DNA from: Corallochytrium limacisporum Hawaii
Lineage: Eukaryota; Protista; Pluriformea
Assembly: GCA_002811645.1 (NCBI GenBank)
Contig: PDIP01000048.1
Span: 1-64,000 of the forward strand
Length of the DNA stretch: 64,000 bases
Direction: 5' to 3'
Under the pieces are notes generated by a model, which had not been told where the DNA came from, searched no databases, and saw nothing but the letters and a program-made list of their open reading frames with translations. Below, one piece after another: positions 1 to 11,271 of this stretch. The first letter of the stretch is position 1, and the number at the start of each line of letters is the position of its first letter. Position numbers and translations under genes: made by a program.

Positions 1-267
1 CACCCATTTTGCTTCCCTCTCTTTCCCATCTTTTCAAACCCAACGAAGATCAGCGCACCCGCAAAAGATTGGCCTCGTGATATACCAACTTGATATTTTC
101 AGAGTGCCATTACTCGGCGAGGGGGAGGCGTGACATTCGGACCCGGCCCACCGAGTGGTACTTCATAACAGATCAATAACTGGAGTCTCAACTTCAAGTA
201 CTGTTCCCTGAACTCTTCGACAGCAGCAGATTTTGACAAGCTTGTTTGCCCTTGCACAGTAGCGAAC

Positions 268-705
268 ATGAAAAAGTCATTGATCACCGGGCTGTCAGCC
301 GTTACAATGGCCACGACTGATATGCCAAGAAGCGTACGGTTTTACGAATCGCTTGGATTCAAGATCAAACTCGGCGGACCGAATTCTCCCTTTACTTCCT
401 ACTGGGCAGGCGATTCTACGTACCTCAATATCGCCAACCAAAAAGACAAGCCAAACTGGACTGGAAGAATTATCATCTACGTCGCCGATGTGGATCAGAT
501 ATACCAACAATGCCTCGACAGCGGTCTCAAGCCCGAGTTCGCGCCGTCTGATGCGTTCTGGGGAGAACGATACTTTCACATCCATGATCCTGATGGCAAT
601 GAGCTCTCGTTCGCGAAGCCTCTGCCCCCAGAGCGGACCCCGGAGATGCCCGAACGGTGGAAGAAGGTGCTTGAGGGATCCGGAGACGCCAAGACCAGAT
701 TGTGA
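268..705 (+). CDS. VOC (glyoxalase/bleomycin-resistance) family protein, bacterial-like
   Basis: 145-aa ORF from ATG. VOC motifs: 'SAVTMATTDMPRSVRFYESLGF', 'IIIYVADVDQIY' and 'WGERYFHIHDPDGNELSF'. Confidence 0.88.
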   Translation: MKKSLITGLSAVTMATTDMPRSVRFYESLGFKIKLGGPNSPFTSYWAGDSTYLNIANQKDKPNWTGRIIIYVADVDQIYQQCLDSGLKPEFAPSDAFWGERYFHIHDPDGNELSFAKPLPPERTPEMPERWKKVLEGSGDAKTRL

Positions 706-1377
706 ACACGAGACGTGATTTTTGAACACCTAAAGAAGAATACACACAAATGCTTGCAACAGATCCGTAAGCGCAATCGACAATATGCGTTTATGGACGC
801 CATTGGACTTCCGAAAGAGGATAGATGGAGCAATGTTGTCCGCCACCCGAAGGAGGTTGGCACCCCATCCGTGTCCTTGCACATCGCCGGCCCTCTGGAG
901 GGCGGGTAGCTCCCCTGCAGTGCGCAGGGGGGGGGGTGTCCCAAGGAGCAGAGTCCTTATTTTCCCCCGTCCGCTGTCCGAACGGCCCCCTTCCGAGAGT
1001 ATTACTTGGCCGTCCACAGCGTTGCGTTCGGACGCCCCTTCCCCCCTTTCCCCCGGGGAGGGAGGTGGGAGAGGACGAGGTGGGTGCGGTTGAGGAGAGA
1101 GCGAGCGGGATATTCAAAGTCTAAAGAGTACCCGTGGCCACTCTTCCCTGACTCCATCTGCCTGCGAATTCTTTTGGTACCGCCCGTGCCTCAGTGTCTT
1201 GGGTGTTGATGACTGTTTACAGCTCTAGCGTATGGCTTACAGAGGCAGGCCACTGCAGTAATTAGCCGACAAACGAGAAAACATATACGAGAAAATGAAC
1301 CATATGTAATCTGTAAACGAATGAATGTGATTGTGTGCAATAGCAACGGTCATGTTGATGCTCTCTCTTTCAGCACC

Positions 1378-4300
1378 CTATTCTTCTACCATCTGCGGAA
1401 AAAGACTTTCCGCCGTATGGTTTAGATGTTCGAGGATGGTTCCTTTACTAGCCGGTTTGATCAACACCATGTTCACGCCGGCATCGAGGAAGTGCTGCTG
1501 CGACGAGCTGAGAGCATGGCCAGTGAAGCCAATGATCTGACATTGCACGCCCATTGCGCGGAGCCTGCGCGTTGCCTCCAGTCCATCCGAGACGGGCATA
1601 CTGCCGTCCATGAAGATCAGGTCGAATGGTCCCCTGGACAGCTCTGATTGGTCTGGAGCATGTTCCTGATACCACTGCTCCGCGTAGTCAATGATTTCTT
1701 GGCCATTGATGTAGAGCAGAGGGCTCGCGATACCAAGCTGGTTGAGGATGCGGGTCATGGCACGGCGAGTGATAACATTGTCTTCTGCGACTGCAACCCG
1801 CATCCGGTGTCGTGCAGCTGACAGTTTATCGCTGGACTGAACGGGCGCAAGACCCCTCGTTGGCTCATCTGTCTTCAGGGTCACCGGAGTAGGTACCCCC
1901 ACCGTGATCACCGCGGTATCAGTCGTAGCCTGAGGGCCTGCCTCAGAAACAGCTGGGTTCACCATGGCATCGCTAAGAGTCGCAACGGTAGCTGTCGAGT
2001 TTGACTGCTGGCGCTTGACAGCGGCTGTGCACTTGGCAGCAGCGCAGTCCTGATCCCGCCCATCAGTACTTAGGGCATGGTCGGTGGCATCGGGATGTGG
2101 TAGAGCGTTGAAGGTGCGCACTAGTGTATCCTGCGCTTGTGCCTGCTGCAGCCTCTCAGTACAGCTGTGGGCTCGCTGCTCGGAGTTTGCCTTCACATTC
2201 TCCACAGCGACAGACAGAGGCACGATCTCCGCAGACATGGGAATTTCAAAGGCGAAAGCTGAGCCTGCGCCTTCCCTGCTCTCGACCTGAATGGTGCCAC
2301 CGTGTTGCTCGATAATGGCGCGGGTGATACTAAGACCAAGTCCAGTGCCAATATGCTCGTTTTTGCCACTGATAATCTGGGTGTACGGCCTGAAAAGCAG
2401 AGCCATTTCTGCCTCTGGGATACCAGGACCTTCGTCGATGACAGTGACCTCGACCAGAACATTTCCCATGTCCCTCGCAGGGCCGGCGATACTTTCCCGG
2501 CCAAGCATCTTTACCTTCGCCGCCCCCTTACCTAAGCGTTGCGTGTGCTCAGGAACGGATAGCTGATCGGTTTTCTCATCATCAGGAGGAACGGTGTAGA
2601 TGGCATCCATATCGACAGAGGTATGGCTCGCCCCCTTGGATGGACACTTCAGTGCTTGCTCAGTGCTGGGGCTTCGTGCGGACTTGTACTTGTGCGCTCC
2701 CTTCCGTGTCGCTCTTACCTTGAAGCACCACTTACTCTGGTTGTCTGGGACTTCCTCGAAAGAATTTGCTTTGTTTGGTGAATCAGAGCACACGGTGGAT
2801 GTCGACGAACCAACGCCCAAAGAACGGTCAACCTCGGTGACCCTCAGGCAGACTCGCAGGTTCGACCCTAGAGGAGAGTACTTGATGCCATTGCTCAGCA
2901 AGTTGCCTAGACACTGTTTCAGACGGCGTTCATCACCATCCACGATACAGTCCATCTTTTCGACGACGCCTTCGATCTCAGTCTTGATGGTAATGTTCTT
3001 TTCATGCGCGGCCTGCTGGAACAGTTTGCAAGTTGTCACAAAGAAGGTGTTCAGGCTGAACAGGCCACGGTTGAGTTCAAAGTAACCCGTCTCAATCTTA
3101 TGCATGTCTAGCACATCGTTCAGGGTGTGGCGGACCACATCCGCACTCTCCATCATGTCGATGCATGCGTCGTGCAAGGACGGCACAGAGCTGACAGTTT
3201 TGTCATCACACATTATCTGCAGACCTAGGTAGATATTGTTGAAAGGCACGCGAACCTCGTGGAACACATAGTTCATGAATTGACGCTTGGAGCTGTTGGC
3301 TGCTTCGGCCAGGTGACGCCGCAGGATCTGTTCCTCATGTGCCTTCCACAAATCATTCTTCTGAATCTGGAAAATGAACATAACCACACAAAGAATCAAG
3401 AAGACTGTGACTGCCACGCCTACCACCACGATAATGGTGGCTGCTTCACTGCTGGCTTCGTCATCAAAGGCCTGAGCGCATTGAATGAATAATACCCAGT
3501 TCCTGCTCGACAAACCATTTTCCACGGTGACCTTGGACACCCGTTCGCCCGCTGTGAACGTGCTCTCGCCGTTGAAGACTTCAGCAGGATCCTGGCAGTC
3601 CGGCAGGTCGCAATCACCAAAGAGTGACACATCCCAGGCCCCATTCACTCCGTCCACAATGACCACCGTGTTGACCGTGTCCTTGTTCATTCCACTATCC
3701 ACGAGGATAAAGCGGAGGTCTTCGTACTCTACATTCAGTAGCAGGTCCTCAAAGAAGACATCGTAGCGAATCGCTCCTGCAATCACACTCTCCACGTATT
3801 CTTCCCGTTGCGACTCAGTCGCAGTGTCCAGATCTAGATTTGGATTATAGACAGCATGGTAGAGGACTGATGCAGTACCGCCCTCAATGATCGGTAAAGC
3901 CTCCGTTGCCTGCACGGAACCCGTCCGAATCGCAGTCGAAATCGCAGCCTTTCGTTCCGGGTTCTGGCTGAGATCTGTCATTTGTGGTTTGCCACTGGGT
4001 AGCGCGTACAACACTGGTGTGTAAAAATCATTGCCCGGTGCGTCCACCACTGGATTTCCATCAAAGTCTTTGACAAACAGATCACCATTGGCACCAGGCA
4101 GTAGTTCATTGGCCTCCTTCTCAAAGGCAGCTATTTCTCCCTGCCTTAAGAATCGTGCCACACCGAAACTAAACAACAGTTCTCTGGCTTCGATCGCAAT
4201 ATCGAAGTAGACTTGAAACTGGTCATAGGTCATTGCCGTGGACCCTATGGACGTAGACCAGGCCCGGTGGTCGTCGTACAATTGTTCCAAAAAGCGTGTG

Positions 4301-4719
4301 GCTTCACCCACGGACTGTGCCAATTCTTCTCCGAATTGTATGCACAGCTGATTCCGTTTCTTCTGCTCGCTGTCAATCTCACTGTGATAGAGTAACAAGG
4401 TCGTGGTAAGTCCCGTAATCAGTAACAGAAAAACCAGTACCCAACCAAAACGCACTGACCGCTTTGAATATTTGCTCGGTGATCTTTTTCCCGAAGATGC
4501 AGACACTGAATAGTCCTCAGGCAATGCCATGCCGTCCATCTGGTTCTTTGACGATTTCCTCCTTAATTTTGACATGAAACGCTGCCGTCTCCGCATGCCA
4601 GCAGCGGAGTCGTCGTTTAGGACATCCTCAAAAGTGGGTGGATTGTGGTGATTAGACTGCCAGAGAGGACTGGGTCCGTCCAAATTTGAACTGTCCGGTT
4701 CCACGTTCGTTGGATCCAT
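1378..4719 (-). CDS. Membrane hybrid histidine kinase, TM-CHASE-TM-HisKA-HATPase-receiver
   Basis: 1113 aa. Two hydrophobic segments flank a CHASE-like region ('FYTPVLYALP...DLSQNPERKAAISTAIRTGSVQATEALPII'). H-box 'FHEVRVPFN', N-box 'LGNLLSNGIKYS', G1 'DEGPGIP', G2 'GTGLGLSI'. Receiver 'VAEDN...DLIFMDGSMPVSDG...KP'. Confidence 0.92.
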   Translation of the reverse strand: MDPTNVEPDSSNLDGPSPLWQSNHHNPPTFEDVLNDDSAAGMRRRQRFMSKLRRKSSKNQMDGMALPEDYSVSASSGKRSPSKYSKRSVRFGWVLVFLLLITGLTTTLLLYHSEIDSEQKKRNQLCIQFGEELAQSVGEATRFLEQLYDDHRAWSTSIGSTAMTYDQFQVYFDIAIEARELLFSFGVARFLRQGEIAAFEKEANELLPGANGDLFVKDFDGNPVVDAPGNDFYTPVLYALPSGKPQMTDLSQNPERKAAISTAIRTGSVQATEALPIIEGGTASVLYHAVYNPNLDLDTATESQREEYVESVIAGAIRYDVFFEDLLLNVEYEDLRFILVDSGMNKDTVNTVVIVDGVNGAWDVSLFGDCDLPDCQDPAEVFNGESTFTAGERVSKVTVENGLSSRNWVLFIQCAQAFDDEASSEAATIIVVVGVAVTVFLILCVVMFIFQIQKNDLWKAHEEQILRRHLAEAANSSKRQFMNYVFHEVRVPFNNIYLGLQIMCDDKTVSSVPSLHDACIDMMESADVVRHTLNDVLDMHKIETGYFELNRGLFSLNTFFVTTCKLFQQAAHEKNITIKTEIEGVVEKMDCIVDGDERRLKQCLGNLLSNGIKYSPLGSNLRVCLRVTEVDRSLGVGSSTSTVCSDSPNKANSFEEVPDNQSKWCFKVRATRKGAHKYKSARSPSTEQALKCPSKGASHTSVDMDAIYTVPPDDEKTDQLSVPEHTQRLGKGAAKVKMLGRESIAGPARDMGNVLVEVTVIDEGPGIPEAEMALLFRPYTQIISGKNEHIGTGLGLSITRAIIEQHGGTIQVESREGAGSAFAFEIPMSAEIVPLSVAVENVKANSEQRAHSCTERLQQAQAQDTLVRTFNALPHPDATDHALSTDGRDQDCAAAKCTAAVKRQQSNSTATVATLSDAMVNPAVSEAGPQATTDTAVITVGVPTPVTLKTDEPTRGLAPVQSSDKLSAARHRMRVAVAEDNVITRRAMTRILNQLGIASPLLYINGQEIIDYAEQWYQEHAPDQSELSRGPFDLIFMDGSMPVSDGLEATRRLRAMGVQCQIIGFTGHALSSSQQHFLDAGVNMVLIKPASKGTILEHLNHTAESLFPQMVEE

Positions 4720-6711
4720 GTTTGGTGTCCGTCCAAGTACGCTTGTATTCTTAGTTGTTACTCATGGTATCTATGTTTGATCTATTGTACTGTATACACT
4801 GGGTCACATCCGGTTTCACTGACGTGTATCCCCTTTATCACTTATTGTTGACTGCATCAAACGGGTCTATTGCTTCGCTGTATAACCTCAAACACCTTCT
4901 GAATTTGATCTCGGTGCGTATCGCGAGCAACCCGAACCCAAAGGTTCCAGCCACACCCAAACTCCATCACGACAAGGACAGCCCGTGAAATCGGACACGA
5001 TCCCTAAGTTACTTCTGACCCATGTTTGTCATAACCAAGATGTATTGAATATTTCTCTGTTTCGGTGCTGCTTAGTCACCGTAAGGAACAAAACCCCAAG
5101 TGAGAAACTATCATTCTCAAAGCTGTCCACCGGTCCCGCGAGCCCCAATGGGCCGGTTCCCGTGCACCCCTTTTCCCCCTTTGCCACACTCCCCTTCCCC
5201 CCCCCTCCCCTCCCCTCCCTCTTCGCCCCGCGTTCCACCCCTCTACCGCGCGACGTGTCCATAGCAAACTCCAAAGGTCCGTGAAATGCGTGTTCAATAC
5301 CTAACGTAAGTACCAAAGAGTATATTATCTTTGTCCGTTTCGCGATCTCTATCTTTCTTTTTTTTTGATTTTCTTACAATTCCCTTAGGTTCACCGGCCC
5401 TACCCCCGCCCCTCTCTCCCTCCCTCGCGGGTCCCTCCTTCTCAACCGGCCTGGTATGCGCTTCGCCTTCGCCTGCCCTGCGTTCCAACACCCGCGCCTT
5501 GGGGGAGGCGGGGTGTTTTGAGAAATCGGCGATGGAGAGCAAAGGAAAAGAAACCCAAATTTTTAAAAATCGAAAAATCGGGCGGGTTTTCTGCACCACC
5601 GATCGCAGTGTATCAATGGGCAATGGTTACGCCAAGCGAAAGAGAGAGAGAGAGACACGCACACACACCCAGACCAACAGTCCTCTGAGAAGAGACAGTG
5701 TGAGTGGGAGAGAGAGAGAGACGCGATGGGGGGTTAGAGGGGGGGGGGGCAAAGAAAAGAAGGAGTACCCACACTCGCACACATGCGCAAATGAAGATAT
5801 ACCGGGAAAAGGAGGAAAAAATATGCAACAAATCGCACTGCAAACTCTCGGTATGAAGGCAGTGTTTACCGGTTTCGGTCAAGATGGCTGAGGAGGAGGA
5901 GAGGGGGAGGGTACCGGGGGGACCTGGTACCGAATGTACCTAATCAGGCGCGGACCCTATCAGAAATGAGAAAAAAAAAAGACGGAGAAAAAACAATGGA
6001 GTACTACTGGATTAGAAGTACTAGGCCTTAACCATCGGCCCCCTCAACACACACACACTCTCTCTCTCTCTCTTGCCCCCGTCTCTGTGGGGCTCCTTGC
6101 GCCCCAAGAAATTTTCCTTCACAAAGCCGCGATCGATGGGGAATGTGTGTGCATGTGGTGAAATTCTTGCCCCTGTTTCACCGAAAAAGGGGAAACTGGC
6201 TTTGGGCTGGTGAACAAATCCCCCTCTCCGGCCCTCCCAAGAATAAGAAAGAGCAAACGAAAGAGAAAAGTTGGTGGTGGGTTAACCCGCCAAAGGTTGA
6301 ACAGCGGGCTGCCAGTGCATAGGCCCACCACACCACACGGGAAATTCAGTGGAAATACCTTGGTTTTTTGTTGGTTTTTCTCGTTTTCGGCCCTCGCCCC
6401 TGGCGTACGGGTCCCCCCCCCCTCCCCCGGGGCAATCACCTCCGCTGGGCACAAAGTTAAAAAAGTATATAACACCCGGTCCCAAGAGTTAGCCACGCAC
6501 GCGACCTGGTCACTCATAGTAAATGAATAAGCGATCCGAACGATGAGAGAATACAGGCAGTCAAAAAAAATGGGAGCGAGAGTGAAGTCAAAGCAAGAGA
6601 GAATATTAAAAAAACAAAATACAAATAAAAAATAATGGGAGCGGGGCCCACCAGCGGCGGTGGTGGAGACTGGACCCGACCGACAGGGTCCTTTCGGGTG
6701 CGCGCGCGATG

Positions 6712-6912
6712 GGAGAGAGACAGACAGGCAGACAGACAGACAGACAGAGAGACAGAGAGAGAGACAGAGAGAGAGAGAGGGGGAGCAGGAGCGAGCGAAG
6801 CAAATAGGACCCATTAAATTTTTACTAATGGTGGTAAACCAGGGCAGACTGAGTCAGGCACCCCCCCCCTCCCACCACCACCACCACCACCACCACACAC
6901 CACACACACTCA
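6712..6912. repeat. Compound microsatellite: (GACA)n/(GA)n, then (CAC)n and (CA)n
   Basis: Simple repeats read directly from the sequence. Confidence 0.85.
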
Positions 6913-8975
6913 CACAGTCACACTCCCACCCCGGGTGGAGTTGCCGTTCAAGTACGGGCCCACTACTGCCTGCGCCCGGCAGGGCAAAAAAAAAAACCAC
7001 CCGCTTGGGAAAAAAAAAGGGGGAGGAAAAAGAAAGAAAAGTAAAAGACAGAGAAAATAGATAAACGGGACTGAAATGGGGAGAGTCCCATTAGTAGCGA
7101 TGCGAAAGTGGCTGGTGTCGGTTTCCGAAGCGTGGCAGATACGGCACCATGTTTCTTCTGCAGTTGCACACGGTCCCTCGGATAACGTGACGCGGGAACG
7201 CAACCGTCTCAGCATTGCGGTGTAATTCTTCTCCTGGTTTACTCCGTTTTGCGGATCCGATCGACATGTACAATGGCGGTCAATTCTGCTCATGATGCGT
7301 GCGCGAGCAGAAACGTACAAGCTACGTTTAGCACGTAGTTTGTCAAGCATGCTGATGCGGTGCATTCTATTGCTTGTGTACGCGTATACCTTCCCATTTC
7401 CGCAACCTACGACCTCCTGATGCATGATCTATCACCAAGAACTGAGTCCACCTGATGGGCTCAGCTCTTCAACGAGTGGCTGAACAAACAAGGATGGGTC
7501 AATGAAAACAGCGGCAACGCAATCGGATCGCAGCAACGATTCTCATTCATATGATACCAGCGCTCCTGTTTGTTAGGTTAAAAGCGATGGACTCAATATC
7601 TGATGCTCGATACGTTTGGCGATGGTGAGGAAGGTACACACCCTCGTGAATCTCTATAACATCCGGCAACCAAATACTTCCACGGAAACGTACGGTTTAG
7701 CGTCACGAACAGGCCATCACCCGTTGAGGATGGTGCCCTTGTATAAGGGAGGACACCGTTCAAAACATCAGCAAACTTCCTCCACTTTCGATGCTCTGCT
7801 ACGACGTAGCAGCATTGCCATGGATTGTCGAAGGACAATGAAACGTATAGGGTAGACAAAGAAGATACCGCCGTACGATGCACATCTAGTACCCTCAACT
7901 TAAGTAGATTTGGGCGGGGTGTGAGTATCTAATTTCGAAGGTATGCAACCCAAACCATAGTCCAAACACGGTTACAGCATCGATACGACAAGTTGCCTTC
8001 TGTAGCATGGTGTTTCCTTCGCGATGCATCGTCGGCGCTATCAATCTCTCCCGTAAAGTCTGCAACCAACCTGCTCACGATGACCCGCCAGCTTTATAGT
8101 GCTGTATCAGACGATCAGCATAGTTTCAAACAGGCAGATAAGCCACGATGACACTTTGTCACTGTGCGTGGTTCTTACACATCCTCAATCTGGTGATGGT
8201 CCTTGCCTCTTTCTCTGTGTGTGGTGACCAAGGTCTGGGGTCGTGGTGATCATGGATTGAGGTGCAGAGAGCGCATCTCAGCACGTTAGGTGGCTGAACC
8301 GGTCAGGAAATTCGTCCCCGATTCGGTCGTCCCATTTTCTTTCTTGGGCACTTCGTGACCCTTTTGCGGTCAGAGGATTGCATCGCAATGGAATTCTACC
8401 TGTTTTTGCAGGCCCCGTGGTGTCAAAGAAACAACAGTTCTCCCCGGGGTCCCTGCTGAGCTACTTTGAAAATAAGGTCTGGGTCGGAACGATCACGGTG
8501 GTGGTTTCTAGTACAACGCAAAGAAACCGTGACCTTGCCGTGCCCGTCGGAGGAGCGAAAGAGGAAAAAGAACGACAACAATACGCTCCACCGCGGCCAC
8601 ACAGAACGCTGAGGTTATAACGTTCGGCCCAGCGGATGCAAGTGTAATCAAACAAAAATAGTCAGGGCATCATCCATAACCGTAGCGCTCCCTTTCTCGT
8701 TTTGAGGAGGAGGTGTGGAAGGGGGAGGGGCTGTATGTCACGAGAGAAGTTAAGACTAGGAAGAACCAGGGCCTCCAAAAGAAATAGACAGCGAAATGAG
8801 CGAAGCGGAAAATACGGGTTAATTGAAGGAACCAAGGCCGGGATTGCTTTGGCCCCAGGAGGCATGGACAGGGGAATCAACAACACAACAAGCCCCCTGG
8901 CCCTTCAACGATGGCTAAACGTAAGCCGCCAAGGCCGAGGACAAGCACTCACGTCCTAGGTACCGTACATTGCAT

Positions 8976-9295
8976 TGCTCTTCCACGGTATGGCCCAGTG
9001 ATTACGACTAGCCTGTCCATACCCATAGGGTAGAAGTTTCATCTTTGGTCTCCTCGGTTTCATTTTCTCAATTGCTTTCGCCATTCTCACCCGTTCCGGT
9101 TTCGACCACCTTTGTGTGACCGAGGCGACATTTCGTCGAGCAAAGACCTGTGCGACGGTTTCCCAACATTGGAGGGCGATGCTGAAACTTTGGTGCCAGT
9201 ACTCACGCTTGTATCTCAGGTTCGGTTAGATGCTGAAACCACCTGAGCAGGGCTGTGAGCATAGCGGTAGGCCATGAAGAGCACCACCTCCTTTT
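8976..9295 (+). ncRNA. Candidate structured non-coding RNA, family not identified
   Basis: Nested helices found by eye: 8976-8983/9276-9283, 8990-8995/9270-9275, 9034-9040/9184-9190, 9052-9058/9119-9125, and a long hairpin at ~9202-9259. G-U extensions favour the + strand. A T4 run follows at 9292-9295. Confidence 0.3.
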
Positions 9296-10060
9296 GTCCT
9301 CTATTTGAAGCACTGGGATCTACCCTATGCCACGTTTAGAGCGTTCGTACCGGTTCCACAGTTGCTCGCGTGAGGTGTTCGAAGGGCACAGACCGCCATT
9401 TTCAATGGAGAATGGCAACATAGGGAATGAATAGAAACACACTGATCTAACGAATGAAAATCATCTCGCGTGAGTTGGCCGCGTCTGCACGAAATACGAA
9501 CCCTACCCAAACAGCCCGAAAACAACCGTTCTTGTTGCCTTCCCCCTCCCTCTCTCTCTCCCTGTGGCTTGCCAAATTAGACTCCCGTTTAAGCTACGTT
9601 TTCCGTAGTAAATATACTAACCTCACACTCCAACGATTTGACATCCCCCTTAACCTTAGTGTCCAGCCATACCAACGATACGTGGCTTGCCAACACCGGC
9701 ATCCTTAGACGCTTGCTGATGATGCTTTGGAACTTTGGTTGTTGCGGAACCGGCCCTCTCTTCGTGCCACTGGGGGACACATTCCTGCTCCTTCAATAAG
9801 CCCTCTTTGCGGGCCCTGCTCGCCACAGGGTGTGGAGACCAGAAGATCCAGTGCCTGCGGGCAGCGGTGCATGTCACACTACGAAGGCCGTTCGAATATT
9901 TTTCCGAGGAGTCTGTTTTTTAACGAAAGAGTGTGTCACCAGGGCTACAGCCGGCAGGCAGAACTCCCGAAGCTGGATCCCAACTGTGACGCCAACGAGT
10001 CGCTGAGCGGTTTCGTAGCCTCGCGAAGGATCTTCACCGTTGCAGCTAAGTGTGAGTGAG

Positions 10061-10114
10061 CACTGGCACTTCCTGCTCACTACCTACACTGACACTTCCT
10101 GTTCATTACATGCT
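10061..10114. repeat. Imperfect 26-bp tandem duplication
   Basis: cactggcacttcctgctcactaccta (10061-10086) versus cactgacacttcctgttcattacatg (10087-10112), 21/26 identical. Confidence 0.7.
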
Positions 10115-10768
10115 TAAGTCGTAGGTATGAGATGTGCGGACATGTAGAGAACCCAACAAATAGGCGGGAAGCATGGAACCGCAAGGACACGCAAGCCCTC
10201 CACCGAGTCAGAGGGCAGATGATGATGCCAATGTTTCGGTATGTATGTTCATAGCCTGTGGTTTCATTGTGAGAAGCCATCAGCAATTAGCGGAACCAGA
10301 TCACCAATGTCCACTGTGGCTTACAGACTGCTTGGGTACAATTCTAAAATAAGAATGGGTAGAGTACATCATTCTGATTCCCCACTTGGGAACCCAAGTG
10401 GGACAGTGCCCGGTCAGGCACACGCGCTGATGTTCGTGCGTACCGTTAGTGCGATGTGGGGTAGATCAATTCACGTTGTACGAACAGTTCATTACATGCT
10501 CTGAAAGGTAGGGACCTCCCAGTTGAGTGAAGTTGGAAGAGTCCAACAATGCAAGACTACGGTGCACCTGATGGTGCCGGCTAGTACTCCCGGGGATGCC
10601 CAAGCCCCTTGCCTTTTGCTCACCATCGAATATCCGGAAAGCGGACCGACAGCAACGTAACCAATGTGCCGCACCCCAGCGCGCGGCCGCCCCATTCAGT
10701 ATGGGAATCAAAGCCACCATTTACCAGCGCAAAAAAAAAAAAAAAGGGCCAAAAAAAAAAAAGCACAT

Positions 10769-10851
10769 TGGTGAGAGTGGGATTCGAACCCACGCCTCCG
10801 GAGAGACTGCGACCTTAACGCAGCGCCTTAGACCAACTCGGCCATCTCACC
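10769..10851 (-). tRNA. tRNA-Leu, anticodon AAG (read as IAG)
   Basis: The reverse complement folds as a cloverleaf: acceptor GGTGAGA/TCTCACC, D-arm TGGCCGAGTTGGTCTAAGG, anticodon arm CTGCG-TTAAGGT-CGCAG, long variable arm, T-loop GTTCGAATC. A poly-T terminator lies downstream (A-run 10751-10762) and a TATA-like tract ~30 nt upstream. Confidence 0.97.
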
Positions 10852-11271
10852 CGTTGTACTGAAGGAGGTGGTTGAAAAATAGCTATATATAATACTGTAC
10901 AGGGTCTTTTCTCTTGATTCTTGAAATATTTAGTGCGAGGCTTTAATTTTTCGGTAATGGCCCTGACAAGCTGGGAGGGGACCCCCTCCCCCGGAGAGGA
11001 GGGGCCACGGGCCCTAAAGCCACTGATCGGACACGCGCAGACAGACATTCCTCTCCGATACTAACCCCATAACGGCCACGGAGAAAGATTCATCAGTCCT
11101 TCTTACGGACCTGATGACTTCACACCAGCCTTTGGGGAACGTGATTGGACCTCTGTAATGGGTACTTTAACATGGAAGTTATAACTGTGGTCTGGTGCTT
11201 ACGGAAGTTCTGTAACACCATACAGAAGACTTTTGTTTTGGTTAAACAATCGAAACGGTCTTTGCAGATTC

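Noticed and set aside
5029-7425. Many 60-230 aa ORFs in low-complexity spacers (also 36700-38500, 41000-42300 and across N gaps)
   Set aside because: They are translations of microsatellites, homopolymers or Ns.
8290-8330. GAACCGGTCAGG resembling SRP RNA helix 8
   Set aside because: The GNRA loop and the AGCAG strand are missing.
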